64,000 bases of DNA from Myxococcota bacterium (GCA_963676915.2 CAXXVK010000011.1:64001-128000), one strand, 5' to 3'; positions 39,228 to 49,476 are shown, counted from the first letter of the stretch. Notes: generated by a model from the sequence alone, not told the origin. Numbers and translations are program-made.

Positions 39228-39765
39228 GACAAAACCTCAGTCCCAGTAAAATGCTAGAAGTACACTAAATACCCAGCAAAATTCTTGATTATTTTCAATA
39301 AGATAAAAATGCCACTTTTTAAGAAAAATCTTAATGGGTCGATATGGAGCATTTTAGAGCTATTTGGGTCAGATTGGCAAGTAAAAAATCAAATCTAAGT
39401 CCCTGAATTTCTTTGAAAATACATTAAATATATTTTAAAGCATGTGTCAGTCTAGTGTTATCAATTACTTATGTATGATAAGTGATAGAAAATTGCAATC
39501 CCAATTACTGGATTTTTTTCTCCCTAGATCGAAAAATGAGCATACTTTGAGGCACGGATCTTGAAATGTCCTTTAAACAGGGACAAAAGACAGAAATACG
39601 CCATTTAACATGTGTGGAAGTTGTCGAGATCCGTTGCTATTTGGTTTTAGCGATTGAAAACCTTGAAAATGAAGTCTGTTCTTTGGTTAGGTCGGATGAA
39701 GAACCACCCGGCCTCCGATTTAGAGGTGTTTTCGAGACGACAGGAGGTTTACTGGGGGGGGGCTT

Positions 39766-40650
39766 TTAGTTGTAATCGCCGAGTTTGTCGATTTCTTCTT
39801 TGGCCTTGGACGTATAACGCGATCCGGGGTAACGGAAGATCAGGTCTTCGAAGAAGAGTTTGGCGTCCCGCTTCATTCCCATTCCCAGAAAACATTTGGC
39901 CAGCATGAATAGCGCCCGGTCCTGCATATCACCGTTTTTGTATCCATCGAGCACTTTTTGGAAGGTCATCGCGGCCTGGTGGTAGTTTTTTTCGTCGAAG
40001 TAGCTGTTTCCAATCCAGATTTCGGCATCGTCGGCCATGGAGTCTTTGGGAAAGCGTTTCAGGAAATTGAGCATCAGCCGTCGTCCTGGGATGGTTTCGC
40101 CTTTTTGAATCAGTTTTCTTCCCTGACGAAACAGGTCTTTTTTATCTTTGATGTTCGACCCATCCTGAATCACGGGTTCTTCCGGTGTGACGGCTTGGGG
40201 GGTAGCGTCGGAGGAGACTCCAAGTTTCGCTTCCAGTACTTCGACGCGTCGGGAGAGTTTGTCGATTTTTTCGCTAAGCTCCATTCGCGCCACTTGCGTG
40301 GTATGGTCGTTTTGTTCGATCAGACCGGTCAGCATTTGGATCTGGCGGCGCAACTCCTGGACTTCCTGACTGTCGAGGATGTTGTCCTCTCCCATTCGCG
40401 CTTCGACCTGAGTAATTTTTGCCGACATGCCTTGATCCCGCTGGATCGATTCATCCGTCTGTTTTTTTTGGTCTTCTTCCAGGGTGTTGAGGTGGGTTTG
40501 CATGGCCAGGAGATCTTGCTCGAGCCGTTCGTGCTCTTCTTTGGTGACAAGACAGCCCGGCAACAACAAGCCGAAGACGAGAAAGAGCGAGAAAACGGTC
40601 CATCCTTTGGGAATCAAACGGCTTTTCGTCGGTTTGCGCGAATGGATCAT
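39766..40650 (-). CDS. cpoB: Cell division coordinator CpoB/YbgF-like (coiled coil + TPR) lipoprotein
   Basis: Lipobox LPGC, long coiled coil and TPR with FPKDSMADDAEIWIGNSYF. Directly downstream of pal. Confidence 0.8.
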   Translation of the reverse strand: MIHSRKPTKSRLIPKGWTVFSLFLVFGLLLPGCLVTKEEHERLEQDLLAMQTHLNTLEEDQKKQTDESIQRDQGMSAKITQVEARMGEDNILDSQEVQELRRQIQMLTGLIEQNDHTTQVARMELSEKIDKLSRRVEVLEAKLGVSSDATPQAVTPEEPVIQDGSNIKDKKDLFRQGRKLIQKGETIPGRRLMLNFLKRFPKDSMADDAEIWIGNSYFDEKNYHQAAMTFQKVLDGYKNGDMQDRALFMLAKCFLGMGMKRDAKLFFEDLIFRYPGSRYTSKAKEEIDKLGDYN

Positions 40651-40665
40651 ATGTCATCCAATTTC

Positions 40666-40699
40666 AAAAAAGGGCGGAAGTGCAAGCCTTCCGCCCTTT
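40666..40699 (-). terminator. Rho-independent terminator between pal and cpoB
   Basis: AAAGGGCGGAAG-N7-CTTCCGCCCTTT with T6 on the minus strand. Confidence 0.75.
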
Positions 40700-40721
40700 G
40701 AGAGTCCGAAAAACAGGAAAC

Positions 40722-41459
40722 TCAGTCCTTGATGATCGTCTCACCACGGCGGTTCTTGGCCCAGGCGTCCTCGTTGTGACCGTAGGACAGCGGACGTTCC
40801 TCACCGTAAGAGATCGTTTCGATCTTGTTGCGGGAAATGCCGAGATTCACGAGGAAATCACGGACCGCACGGGCACGACGTTGACCCAGCGCGAGGTTGT
40901 ATTCGAGGGAACCGCGTTCGTCGCAGTGACCTTCGATCTTGACACGCACGCTGCCTTTGCTCTTGATGCATTCGTAGTTGTCACGCAAGGTCTGGCGTGC
41001 TTCGCTGGTCAGGTAGTATTCGTCGAAATCGAAGTGAATCGTCTGGATTTCGCAGGCTTCCGGTGTCGGAGCGGAAGAACCGAGTGCAGGCGGCATGCCT
41101 TTTTGACGGGCTTCATCTTCACTCATGCAGCGATCTTGCCAGCAGACGTTCTCGCCACTGCAATCGTCGGCAGAGTCGCACTCGGCGACGCATTTGCGGA
41201 CTTCGCCTTGCAGACGGCAGACCCGATTGGAGGCGCAATCGTCGTTGGTCGCACATTCATGGCGAACTTTGGCTTCCAGACAGTTGCCGCCACGGCATTC
41301 CAATCCAGCCTCGCAATCGCTGTTTTCGAGACATTCCGGTGGCGGAGGAGGAGGGGGATCTTCTTTACCGCATCCACCCAACCAAAGCGTGCCCACAATC
41401 AACAGTCCCAGGATGACTCCCGGGGAAAAGATAACCTTTCGGTTGGATCTGGTCATCAT
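40722..41459 (-). CDS. pal: Peptidoglycan-associated lipoprotein (OmpA-C domain) with Cys-rich repeats
   Basis: Lipobox LGGC, IHFDFD, IEGHCDERGSLEYNLALGQRRA, SYGEERP and KNRR motifs. Confidence 0.88.
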   Translation of the reverse strand: MMTRSNRKVIFSPGVILGLLIVGTLWLGGCGKEDPPPPPPPECLENSDCEAGLECRGGNCLEAKVRHECATNDDCASNRVCRLQGEVRKCVAECDSADDCSGENVCWQDRCMSEDEARQKGMPPALGSSAPTPEACEIQTIHFDFDEYYLTSEARQTLRDNYECIKSKGSVRVKIEGHCDERGSLEYNLALGQRRARAVRDFLVNLGISRNKIETISYGEERPLSYGHNEDAWAKNRRGETIIKD

Positions 41460-41933
41460 AACCCCTTTCCTTCTTTTTGATCCGAATCGTAAATAACTGT
41501 TCGTCTTCATTGAAAAATTCGTTATATCGCTTCGGTTTGGAACCCATCTCCCGAATCGATACCGTAACTGTATTGTAAGTTTTGATCGCGTTGCGTCAAT
41601 ACATATTTTTTTCAAATAAAGCATTCATTCTTGCACACGGATTCCTATTCTATTAAATATACGTATAAAGATCAAGTTTTTTCGCTGACAAGTAGCTTTA
41701 TTCATCGAAAAAAATCTCTAAAAAGAATTGTAATCATCATGGGTTATAAAACCAAAAGAAAAATGATAGAATAGATGTAAACTTTTACGAACCCAAAAAA
41801 AGAAACATCAGTAACTGTAGAGGAAATTCCAAATTGTTGTCAAGGAATTCACATCTTATGATTTTAGTACTGCTGTTCTTGGATAGAATTCGATTACTGT
41901 TTGTAAATGGAAGATTTTTAGAGAGAAAACGAG

Positions 41934-42446
41934 TTATTTTTTGGCAGGATTCACTTCGATGACGAGGATCATCACACCTTTTTTGTAGCGACTACCCCCC
42001 AGAATCACCATATGACCGTCACGGATCAGTAAATCCGTCTGTATGCGCTTGGGAATGGATAGCGAGATCTTCCACATCTCACTCTGTTTTTCGACCGGTA
42101 TTAGCGAAAGAGGTTTGTCATCGGGAAGGATCAACGTCCCTTTCTGGCCGATCTTCAAAGAGAGGCTTTGCTCGTTTTCGAGATGATATTGGGTAAAATC
42201 GAAAAGCTGATTGAGTCGTTTTTGTAAAGGTTTCAATCTCGGATCGACCTTGTTTTCCCCTTTGGCTGCATAGACGATTTGTACTTTCAATGTGGGGGAA
42301 GCCGTTGTTTCGGCACGAACATCGGTCGAAAGAGCAGAAATCAGCGCCAGCACCATGAAAATTATTGGAGAGATTCGAAAAAGTCCGCTCATCATCGGTC
42401 GTTTCAACTGCATTGTCCGGGATACTCCGGACGAAAAAAAGGTCAT
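41934..42446 (-). CDS. Hypothetical exported protein in ECF operon
   Basis: Hydrophobic signal segment ending VRA. VDPRLKPL...F...Y and ILGG motifs. 6 nt downstream of the anti-sigma gene. Start uncertain. Confidence 0.65.
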   Translation of the reverse strand: MTFFSSGVSRTMQLKRPMMSGLFRISPIIFMVLALISALSTDVRAETTASPTLKVQIVYAAKGENKVDPRLKPLQKRLNQLFDFTQYHLENEQSLSLKIGQKGTLILPDDKPLSLIPVEKQSEMWKISLSIPKRIQTDLLIRDGHMVILGGSRYKKGVMILVIEVNPAKK

Positions 42447-42452
42447 TCCGGG

Positions 42453-42953
42453 TCAGTTCATATTTTCTTCGAACAACCAGATCACTTTCACCGGTTCGTT
42501 TTCTCCGTCGATTTGAGTTTCAAAGACTCGTGCTTCGGATTCGAACGTGTTCAGGTTCTGAACGATTACGTTATTCGGTTCCCAACTGGAGTCGGATTGG
42601 CGGTGCTGATAATGCAACCCTACCACCAAAGCCAGTGCTGCCGCTGCAACGGCAACCGAAACCGGTTTCCACAGATTTGAAAAACGTTGCTGCCAGGAGG
42701 AAAGAGTCGGCGTTGTTTTTTCTTCCGACAATCGTTGTTCGATCTCGGCCGCTAGGGCATCTTCGTCTAGCGAGCGCAGCGCCTCTTCGGTATCGTGGCG
42801 CAGTCCCTTGCCGATCTTCTCAAGCCATTCGACTTCGGATTCCAGCGTGGGATCGTTCGACAAAGCCTCTTGAACCATCTCACGTCGGGTATCGTCAAGT
42901 TCTCCGTCGTGCAGCCGATGCACGTCTTTCACTGTTGTTTTGTTTCGTTTCAT
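42453..42953 (-). CDS. Membrane-anchored anti-sigma factor
   Basis: LHDGELD (zf-HC2/RseA-like, Zn ligands degenerate), single TM and short periplasmic domain. ATGA overlap with the sigma gene. Confidence 0.8.
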   Translation of the reverse strand: MKRNKTTVKDVHRLHDGELDDTRREMVQEALSNDPTLESEVEWLEKIGKGLRHDTEEALRSLDEDALAAEIEQRLSEEKTTPTLSSWQQRFSNLWKPVSVAVAAAALALVVGLHYQHRQSDSSWEPNNVIVQNLNTFESEARVFETQIDGENEPVKVIWLFEENMN

Positions 42954-43570
42954 GTTCGATCCTTTGTTCCTTCGCGGTGGCGATTCATGGATTTCTGTAT
43001 TTTCTTCCGCGCATGGAACAGCCGGGACATCACCGTCCCGAGACTGCAATCGATCGCCTCGGCGATCTCTTCATAGCTTAACCCTTCTACCTCTCTCAAC
43101 ACAATGACTGCTCGGTGTTTTTCCGAAAGTTTTTCCATGGCCTCTCCGACCATTCGACCCAACTCCTTCGTTTCCAACGCTTTGAGCGGGTGGGGAGGAG
43201 CGGCGCTTCCTGGAAAATCGGCGTCTGTCGCTTCGGTAAACACTTCAGGTAGTTCACCGAACAGGACGGTCTTTTTTCTGTGGCTTTTCCCGGCGGTACT
43301 GATCGACAGATTGACGGCGATTCGGTAAAGCCAGGTATAAAATGACGAATCGCCTTTGAATTTACTCAAATGTCGAAACGCCCGGATAAAAACCTCCTGG
43401 GTGGTGTCTCGCGCCTCTTCCCGGTCGCGGACGATTCCGAAGCAAATCCCGAAAACCCGGCCTTGATAGCGCCGGACCAACTCGCTGAAAGCCCTCGAAT
43501 TGCCGTTTTGCCCCTGTTCGACCAGTTCAAGGTCGCTCAGTGGTTCCGGCTGTTCGTGTCGAGCCTTCAT
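42950..43570 (-). CDS. ECF sigma-70 factor (RpoE-like)
   Basis: AFSELVRRYQ, QEVFIRAF, FYTWLYRIAVN, LREVEGLSYEEIA and GTVMSRLFHAR motifs. Confidence 0.93.
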   Translation of the reverse strand: MKARHEQPEPLSDLELVEQGQNGNSRAFSELVRRYQGRVFGICFGIVRDREEARDTTQEVFIRAFRHLSKFKGDSSFYTWLYRIAVNLSISTAGKSHRKKTVLFGELPEVFTEATDADFPGSAAPPHPLKALETKELGRMVGEAMEKLSEKHRAVIVLREVEGLSYEEIAEAIDCSLGTVMSRLFHARKKIQKSMNRHREGTKDRT

Positions 43571-43644
43571 ACCTACTCAACTATTCGACTTTCCAAAGGA
43601 CGTAAAGATTCAGAAAGAAAAGCTTTTACGTCCTTTTTTTTCGT

Positions 43645-44967
43645 TTAAACGATACCGATGCCGTGATAGTCGAACCCCATTTCTTTCAACTTTTCAGGCA
43701 ACCACAGGTTTCGACCATCAAACAGGGCTTTTCCATTCATTAATTTTGCAATTCTTTTGAAATCGGGAGAGCGGAACTGCCGCCACTCGGTGACGAGAAC
43801 CAGGGCGTCCGCGCCTTTGCAGGCGTCGTACATGTCGTCACAGTACAGGAGATTGGGTTCGTCTCCGAAAATGCGACGGGATTCGTTCATCGCGACAGGA
43901 TCGTAGGCCTGCAAACGAACTCCGGCTTCGAGCATTTCCTTTGCAAATACCACCGAAGCCGCTTCACGCATGTCGTCGGTTTCCGGTTTGAACGACAATC
44001 CCAGAAGGCCGATGGTGCGGCCTTTCAACTCTCCTTTGAAGTACTCCCGGATTTTCTGACCCAGAACCATTTTTTGCTTGTCGTTGCGTCCATGGACGGA
44101 GGCCAGCACCATCGGATCGACACCGACATCCCGAGCCGTGCGGATCAACGCCTGCACGTCTTTCGGGAAGCAGGAGCCACCATAACCCACGCCCGGAAAA
44201 ATGAACGAGTATCCAATGCGGGAGTCCGCACCGATACCCTGCCGTACTTTTCGTACATCGGCACCGACTTTTTCGCAGATACACGCGATTTCATTGATGA
44301 AACTGATTTTCGTGGCCAACATGCAGTTGGATGCGTATTTCACCATTTCCGCCGAAGGGGGGTCCATGAAGATCAGTCGATCCTGTCGCAGCTGGAACGG
44401 ACGGTACATGACCCGCATGAACCGTTCGGCGCGTTCGGTTTCGCAGCCCACCACGATCCGGTCGGGTTTGAGGAAATCATCGATCGCCGCGCCTTCTTTA
44501 AGAAATTCGGGATTGGATACCACGTCGAAGGGGATGTCCAGCCCACGGCGGTCCAATTCTTCCTGAATGGCATGACGTACTTTGACTGCCGTTCCCACCG
44601 GGACGGTGGATTTGTCGATGACGACCGTGTAATCCGTGATCAACGACCCGATTTGCCGAGCGGCCTGAACGACATAGGAGAGATCCGCCGACCCGTCTTC
44701 CCCCGGAGGAGTACCCACGGCGATGAAAACCGCTTCGGCACCCACGATGGCTTCAGACAATTTCGTGGTGAACGCCAATCTACCTTCTCGGGTGTTGCGT
44801 TCCACGATGGCGTCAAGGCCTGGCTCGTAAATCGGGATTTCCCCGGATTTGAGCTTGATGATTTTCCCTTCGTCCACATCCACGCAGGTGACGTCGTTGC
44901 CGACTTCCGCGAAGCAAGCGCCCGATACCAAACCTACGTATCCTGTCCCTATCATTACGATTTTCAT
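43645..44967 (-). CDS. ugd: UDP-glucose 6-dehydrogenase
   Basis: GTGYVGL, IAVGTP, KSTVPVGT, SNPEFLKEG, GYGGSCFPKD, FKPETDDMRE and DGRN motifs. Confidence 0.95.
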   Translation of the reverse strand: MKIVMIGTGYVGLVSGACFAEVGNDVTCVDVDEGKIIKLKSGEIPIYEPGLDAIVERNTREGRLAFTTKLSEAIVGAEAVFIAVGTPPGEDGSADLSYVVQAARQIGSLITDYTVVIDKSTVPVGTAVKVRHAIQEELDRRGLDIPFDVVSNPEFLKEGAAIDDFLKPDRIVVGCETERAERFMRVMYRPFQLRQDRLIFMDPPSAEMVKYASNCMLATKISFINEIACICEKVGADVRKVRQGIGADSRIGYSFIFPGVGYGGSCFPKDVQALIRTARDVGVDPMVLASVHGRNDKQKMVLGQKIREYFKGELKGRTIGLLGLSFKPETDDMREAASVVFAKEMLEAGVRLQAYDPVAMNESRRIFGDEPNLLYCDDMYDACKGADALVLVTEWRQFRSPDFKRIAKLMNGKALFDGRNLWLPEKLKEMGFDYHGIGIV

Positions 44968-45193
44968 GTTTGCCGGTCCCGGTAAATAGACTAGAATAAT
45001 TTAGGTAACCGCTGCCTCATGCATATCTGCAATACGGATATTTGTCAATTGCAGGAAAACGCGATACAACGGACGAACCTATAATCGTTGGAACTCGAAA
45101 CGTCTTCTAAAAGGAATCCCTTAGAAGGGATTTGGAGAAAGAAGAAACGATTTCGAGAGAAATTTCTCCAATGTAGGGATGGGGTGTTTTTTA

Positions 45194-45223
45194 CTGACAG
45201 TCTTGCATCATTATGCGTATAAT
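45194..45223 (+). promoter_or_regulatory. Putative sigma70 promoter
   Basis: CTGACA-N18-TATAAT, ~80 nt upstream of 45305. Confidence 0.4.
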
Positions 45224-45304
45224 GGCACGTCAAATCGGTTGGAACACCCGAGAATGAAACAACGACTTGTCAGGCATGGATCGAACATGACGAGGAAATT
45301 CAAG

Positions 45305-47155
45305 ATGATACGCCTTTTCTCTTTGCTGTTGGTCACCTGTTGGCTCATTTCCTGCGACTCCAAAGACACGCGTGTTTTCGAGCCGTCTCAGACCGGTGGG
45401 GATACCGATACGGTCACGGATAACGTCGAAGCCTCCTGCACGAACGGCGAAAGCTGTGATGACGGGATTGAATGCACGACGGACGATATCTGCACCGATG
45501 GAGTCTGCAAAGGATTTATTCGGGGGGATTCCTGCCTGATCGATGATGAATGCTATTCGGGCAGCGATTTCAATCCCGGAAATCGCTGTCAGTTCTGTTC
45601 TCCGGCACAAAACCAAGAGGAATGGACCAATCTTCCAAATGGTCAAACCTGTAACGACAGTGCGGAATGTACCTCTGATGACGTATGTCAAAACGGAACC
45701 TGTACAGGTGACATTGCTGATGGTTATTGCTTGATTGGTGGCGAGTGTTTCGAGACGGATGAGGCCAAGGAAGGAAATATCTGTCTCGTATGCGATCCCG
45801 ATTACGATCCAGTAGGATGGCGTTCCTACACCATGCTCCCGGAATGCGACGATAACGACCCCTGTACCACCGATTCGTGCGATCTCGATAGTGGGATCTG
45901 TAGTAACGAGGAAATCGCAAACGATTGCGGTACGTTGACTTGTGGTGCTTCTCCTTCGGGATGCTATGAATGCGGTGACTGCGAAGGATTCAACCATGAA
46001 TGCCTCAGCGGTCAGTGTAATATTCTCGTCGACGATTGCGGCGATTCGGGTGGTTTGCAGGACGGTGCCGCCTGGCCGATGGTGGGCTATTGCGTAACGC
46101 ATCAGGGAAGAAGCCCGTATTCGGGACCGATAGCCGGGCAGGTTCAGGTTGCGGTTAGCACCGGTGGGGCGATTCGGTCCGCTCCTGCGATTTCCGGCAG
46201 CGGGCGGCTGTACGTAGGGTCCACCGATGGAAAACTATACATTTACAACCCGTCGTCTGATTCTCTCGAATGTACTTTCACCGCAGGGGATGAAATTCTT
46301 TCAACTCCAGCCATTCATAAAAGTGGAACCGTATTTTTCGGCTGTCAAAACGGATACTTGTACGGGATCAACATGGCGTGCAACCAGTTGATCAAATTCC
46401 AAGCTGATGGTGCTGTGTATTCTTCCCCTGTGATCGGAGCCGATGGAACGGTCTATTTTACGACAGAACAGGGGTCGCTTTATGCGATCGATCCCAGTCG
46501 TCCTGCCGGGGAACAGTTGAAATGGAAATGGAGCGATTCCAATGGTCAGGTTACGCGTAACACGAATTCTTCGCCCACAATCGATGCAGATGGCAACATT
46601 CTGTTCGGTTCGGTGGATGGAATCGTTGTTGCGATCGATCCCGATGGTGAAGAAATCGCTCGTCGGACCGGCGTAGGGTCGGTTATCACTCCTATTGCTA
46701 TTAGTGGTGACGGGGAAATTCTGACGGGAACAACGTTCTCCAAAGCGTATTCGTTAACCTTGGATTCGGTTTTCAGCGAAGATTGGGTCTACGATGCAGC
46801 CGGCCCGGTATTCGGACCTGCGATTGGTACCGATGGCGTGCAACTGTTCCCCGCCAAGGATGAAAACCTCTATGCCTTCAATCCATCCGATGGAACGGTC
46901 GATTCCCGTTGGACCATCGATCTTCAAAGCCCATCGCGTTGTACACCGCTGGTCGGTGCGGATGGCTTGGTCTATGTCGGTACTCAGAATTCCCACCTGT
47001 TCGTCATCGATCCAAGCGGAAGCGGATCGGTCAAATCCGAGACGGTGGTCAGTTCTCAGTCCGGGATCGGCGGTCAACTTTGGGGATTGTCTATGGCGAA
47101 AGACGGAACGTTGTATATTGCTTGTGAAGACGGAAACTTATACAGCTTCCAGTAA
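45305..47155 (+). CDS. Lipoprotein with Cys-rich repeats and C-terminal PQQ/BamB-like beta-propeller
   Basis: Lipobox LISC, CDDGIECTTDDIC-type repeats, and SSP...DGTVY(F/V)G..DG.LYA blades. Confidence 0.82.
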   Translation: MIRLFSLLLVTCWLISCDSKDTRVFEPSQTGGDTDTVTDNVEASCTNGESCDDGIECTTDDICTDGVCKGFIRGDSCLIDDECYSGSDFNPGNRCQFCSPAQNQEEWTNLPNGQTCNDSAECTSDDVCQNGTCTGDIADGYCLIGGECFETDEAKEGNICLVCDPDYDPVGWRSYTMLPECDDNDPCTTDSCDLDSGICSNEEIANDCGTLTCGASPSGCYECGDCEGFNHECLSGQCNILVDDCGDSGGLQDGAAWPMVGYCVTHQGRSPYSGPIAGQVQVAVSTGGAIRSAPAISGSGRLYVGSTDGKLYIYNPSSDSLECTFTAGDEILSTPAIHKSGTVFFGCQNGYLYGINMACNQLIKFQADGAVYSSPVIGADGTVYFTTEQGSLYAIDPSRPAGEQLKWKWSDSNGQVTRNTNSSPTIDADGNILFGSVDGIVVAIDPDGEEIARRTGVGSVITPIAISGDGEILTGTTFSKAYSLTLDSVFSEDWVYDAAGPVFGPAIGTDGVQLFPAKDENLYAFNPSDGTVDSRWTIDLQSPSRCTPLVGADGLVYVGTQNSHLFVIDPSGSGSVKSETVVSSQSGIGGQLWGLSMAKDGTLYIACEDGNLYSFQ

Positions 47156-47247
47156 AAGGAACGTTTCGAGGCATAGGAAAATGCCTGAATGTGAGCTAAC
47201 TACGGGATTTCTTTATAAGAAATCCCGTTTTTTTTGGGGGATGACTT

Positions 47248-48183
47248 CTAGTCTTTTTCTTCCATCGGCGGTGCAACGGTCTCCTCGGAACTTTCGCTTC
47301 GTGATTCCAGTTTTGGAGCGGTAGCGCTTGTTTCCTTGGCTTTTGGATTTCTCTGTTCTTCGTACAAACGAACCCAGTCTTCTTCAAGCAGGGTTTGGAG
47401 ATCTTCGGGTACTTGTTGTTTCTTATCGATATCTTCGTTAGGGGACGCCGCTGACGTGGCTTGTTTGTCTGTAGCTTCTTCCGAGGGGTTCTCGTCGGTT
47501 TCGTTGGTGGAGTCGAGGGGAGGGGGAACGGTTTGATTTTCCTCGGTTTTATCTTGGGTAGAAACTTCGTAGTCTTCTTGTTCCTCTTCCATTTCAGGTA
47601 GGGGAGGAGGAACAAGCGGAGATTCCGGGACGCTTTCAAGAACTTGACCGGATTCTCCATCCAGCAGGTTTTGCTCGTCAGTTTTCTGCTTGCGTTCGAG
47701 AATGATCTGTTCGATCCGCCATCCGGCAAGGGCGGAAAGCTGGGTCAGTTTGGACAATCGCGAGGGAGAAGGCCGGTTGTTGGAATCGACATAAGCCAGC
47801 ACCGGGACGCGACCGGCGACACTGACGGGAATCGCGACGAAGGGGCGGGGCGGCTTAAGTCCCCGCATTTCCAGAATCGCCCGCCATTCCGGCAATCCTG
47901 TAGAGACGCCTCCGACCGGCACCCCGGAGCGAAGCGCTCGCGAAAACGGGCTGGGAGAGTCCAACGGAATCACGAGGTTGTCCAGTTTGGAAATTTTTCC
48001 CGTTGCGGAAAAGGTTTTCCAACCATAGGCAAGTGTGCCTTTGACGTTGAACAAGAGGACGAATTCGAACCAGTCCGTCAATAGATCGCCGAACAATAGT
48101 CCGACCTCTCCGGGAGTTTTCCGTTTATGCAACCTCGTTTCGAATTCTTTCAGAATTTCCGCGAACGTAGCAGCCTCGGTCAT
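47248..48183 (-). CDS. Hypothetical protein, GAF-like domain plus acidic disordered tail
   Basis: VAIPVSVAGRVPVLAYVD GAF-like strand pattern. ATGA overlap with the RDD gene. Confidence 0.65.
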   Translation of the reverse strand: MTEAATFAEILKEFETRLHKRKTPGEVGLLFGDLLTDWFEFVLLFNVKGTLAYGWKTFSATGKISKLDNLVIPLDSPSPFSRALRSGVPVGGVSTGLPEWRAILEMRGLKPPRPFVAIPVSVAGRVPVLAYVDSNNRPSPSRLSKLTQLSALAGWRIEQIILERKQKTDEQNLLDGESGQVLESVPESPLVPPPLPEMEEEQEDYEVSTQDKTEENQTVPPPLDSTNETDENPSEEATDKQATSAASPNEDIDKKQQVPEDLQTLLEEDWVRLYEEQRNPKAKETSATAPKLESRSESSEETVAPPMEEKD

Positions 48184-49403
48184 GCCAACTCCTCGATCCT
48201 CCGGTGCTCGCCCGGAGCCAGTTCCCGACGCATTACCATCGTGCCCGCCCATCGGTCGTGCGGGCTTTGTCCTTGCTTGTACTTATATAATCCTATCAAG
48301 GAATACCCCACCGCCGCAAGTCCGAAAAGAAGGGCAAAGGTACGTTTGATGCTGATTTTCAGTCCTACAGGCTCGCTGTTTTTCATGACCGTACGAATGC
48401 CGAAGACGGTTTGGCCGGGGCTTTCTCCGCAAGTGGCGGTAAAGAAGACGAGGTAGACGAAGACCACCGTCAGATAGAGAAAAGCCAAAGATATCAGCAA
48501 GGACGGGTCGGCTCCGAAGGAAGCGAGTGTGGAAAATGGATTGTCACCGAGTTGAATGTCGAAGAACATTCCGGCAAAAAAGCCCAATCCAACCCAGCCC
48601 ATTATGACAAACAGCGTGAGCGTCAATGCCAGATCGAAAAGACCGGCCATGATGCGGTCCGTGGGGGATGCTGTGATGATTTTCACCCGCTCTGTCGGTA
48701 TGGAAATCCTCGGTGGTTCGGGAGCTTTTGAAGAGGCGAGCGGTAGTTCCTGTTGGATGGGACCGGAAACCACTTTTTTCTTTTTGCGACCGTGTCCACG
48801 ACTCCAGGGAGGATCGGATTTTTCAGAATCGGGCATACGAAACTCGATGACGGAAGAACTTTCTTCCTGAATATCGTCGAGGGGAATCAATTCCTCGTTT
48901 TCACCGAACAATTCCTCGATCACGATTTCGGCGGATTCGTTGCGGAAATCCTGGGCTTTTTTAGGTTGATTCTCTTCTTTTGACCCGGTTTCGTCGAAAA
49001 TATCTCTCAATAAAGACTGCAATTTTTCGGAAGTATCTTCTTCTTGCGGAGGCATTTCAACCGCTGCCAGTTTCGGTCGGTTTTCGGCTGGCTTTTTCGG
49101 GTTTTCGGATTTTTCAGGAACGGAAACGGTTTCCATCGCTTTGGAGTTGGACACCACCCGCAGCGGTTCGACCTGACGCCATGGGTTGTCGTGGTCTTCC
49201 CGGCGAGGATCCTCCAGTTTTTCACGGGATCGAACCAGCACGACGCCATCGGAATCCGAGTTTCTGTTTCGTGTTCTGTCCGGCCCGTTTTTTACCAGGG
49301 CTTTCGAGCCTAGAGGGCATCCGCAGACCTCGCAATGCGTGGCGCTTTTAGAACTGGGCCAATAGCATTTCGGACATTTGACGAAATCGTTTTTCTTCTC
49401 CAT
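48180..49403 (-). CDS. RDD family membrane protein with N-terminal Zn ribbon
   Basis: CPKC...CEVCG, RIMAGLFD, GESPGQTVFGIR and HDRWAGTMV motifs. Confidence 0.85.
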   Translation of the reverse strand: MEKKNDFVKCPKCYWPSSKSATHCEVCGCPLGSKALVKNGPDRTRNRNSDSDGVVLVRSREKLEDPRREDHDNPWRQVEPLRVVSNSKAMETVSVPEKSENPKKPAENRPKLAAVEMPPQEEDTSEKLQSLLRDIFDETGSKEENQPKKAQDFRNESAEIVIEELFGENEELIPLDDIQEESSSVIEFRMPDSEKSDPPWSRGHGRKKKKVVSGPIQQELPLASSKAPEPPRISIPTERVKIITASPTDRIMAGLFDLALTLTLFVIMGWVGLGFFAGMFFDIQLGDNPFSTLASFGADPSLLISLAFLYLTVVFVYLVFFTATCGESPGQTVFGIRTVMKNSEPVGLKISIKRTFALLFGLAAVGYSLIGLYKYKQGQSPHDRWAGTMVMRRELAPGEHRRIEELA

Positions 49404-49476
49404 GACGGTCCTTTTTCGATCCTGTGGAAACCTTGTTTCGTGTTGTCTGAAGTTCTGAACGCCGATTTCCGAAGCG

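Noticed and set aside
39230-39765. RNase P RNA upstream of mraZ
   Set aside because: No GAGGAAAGTCC or matching 3' P4 motif, and the region is AT-rich.
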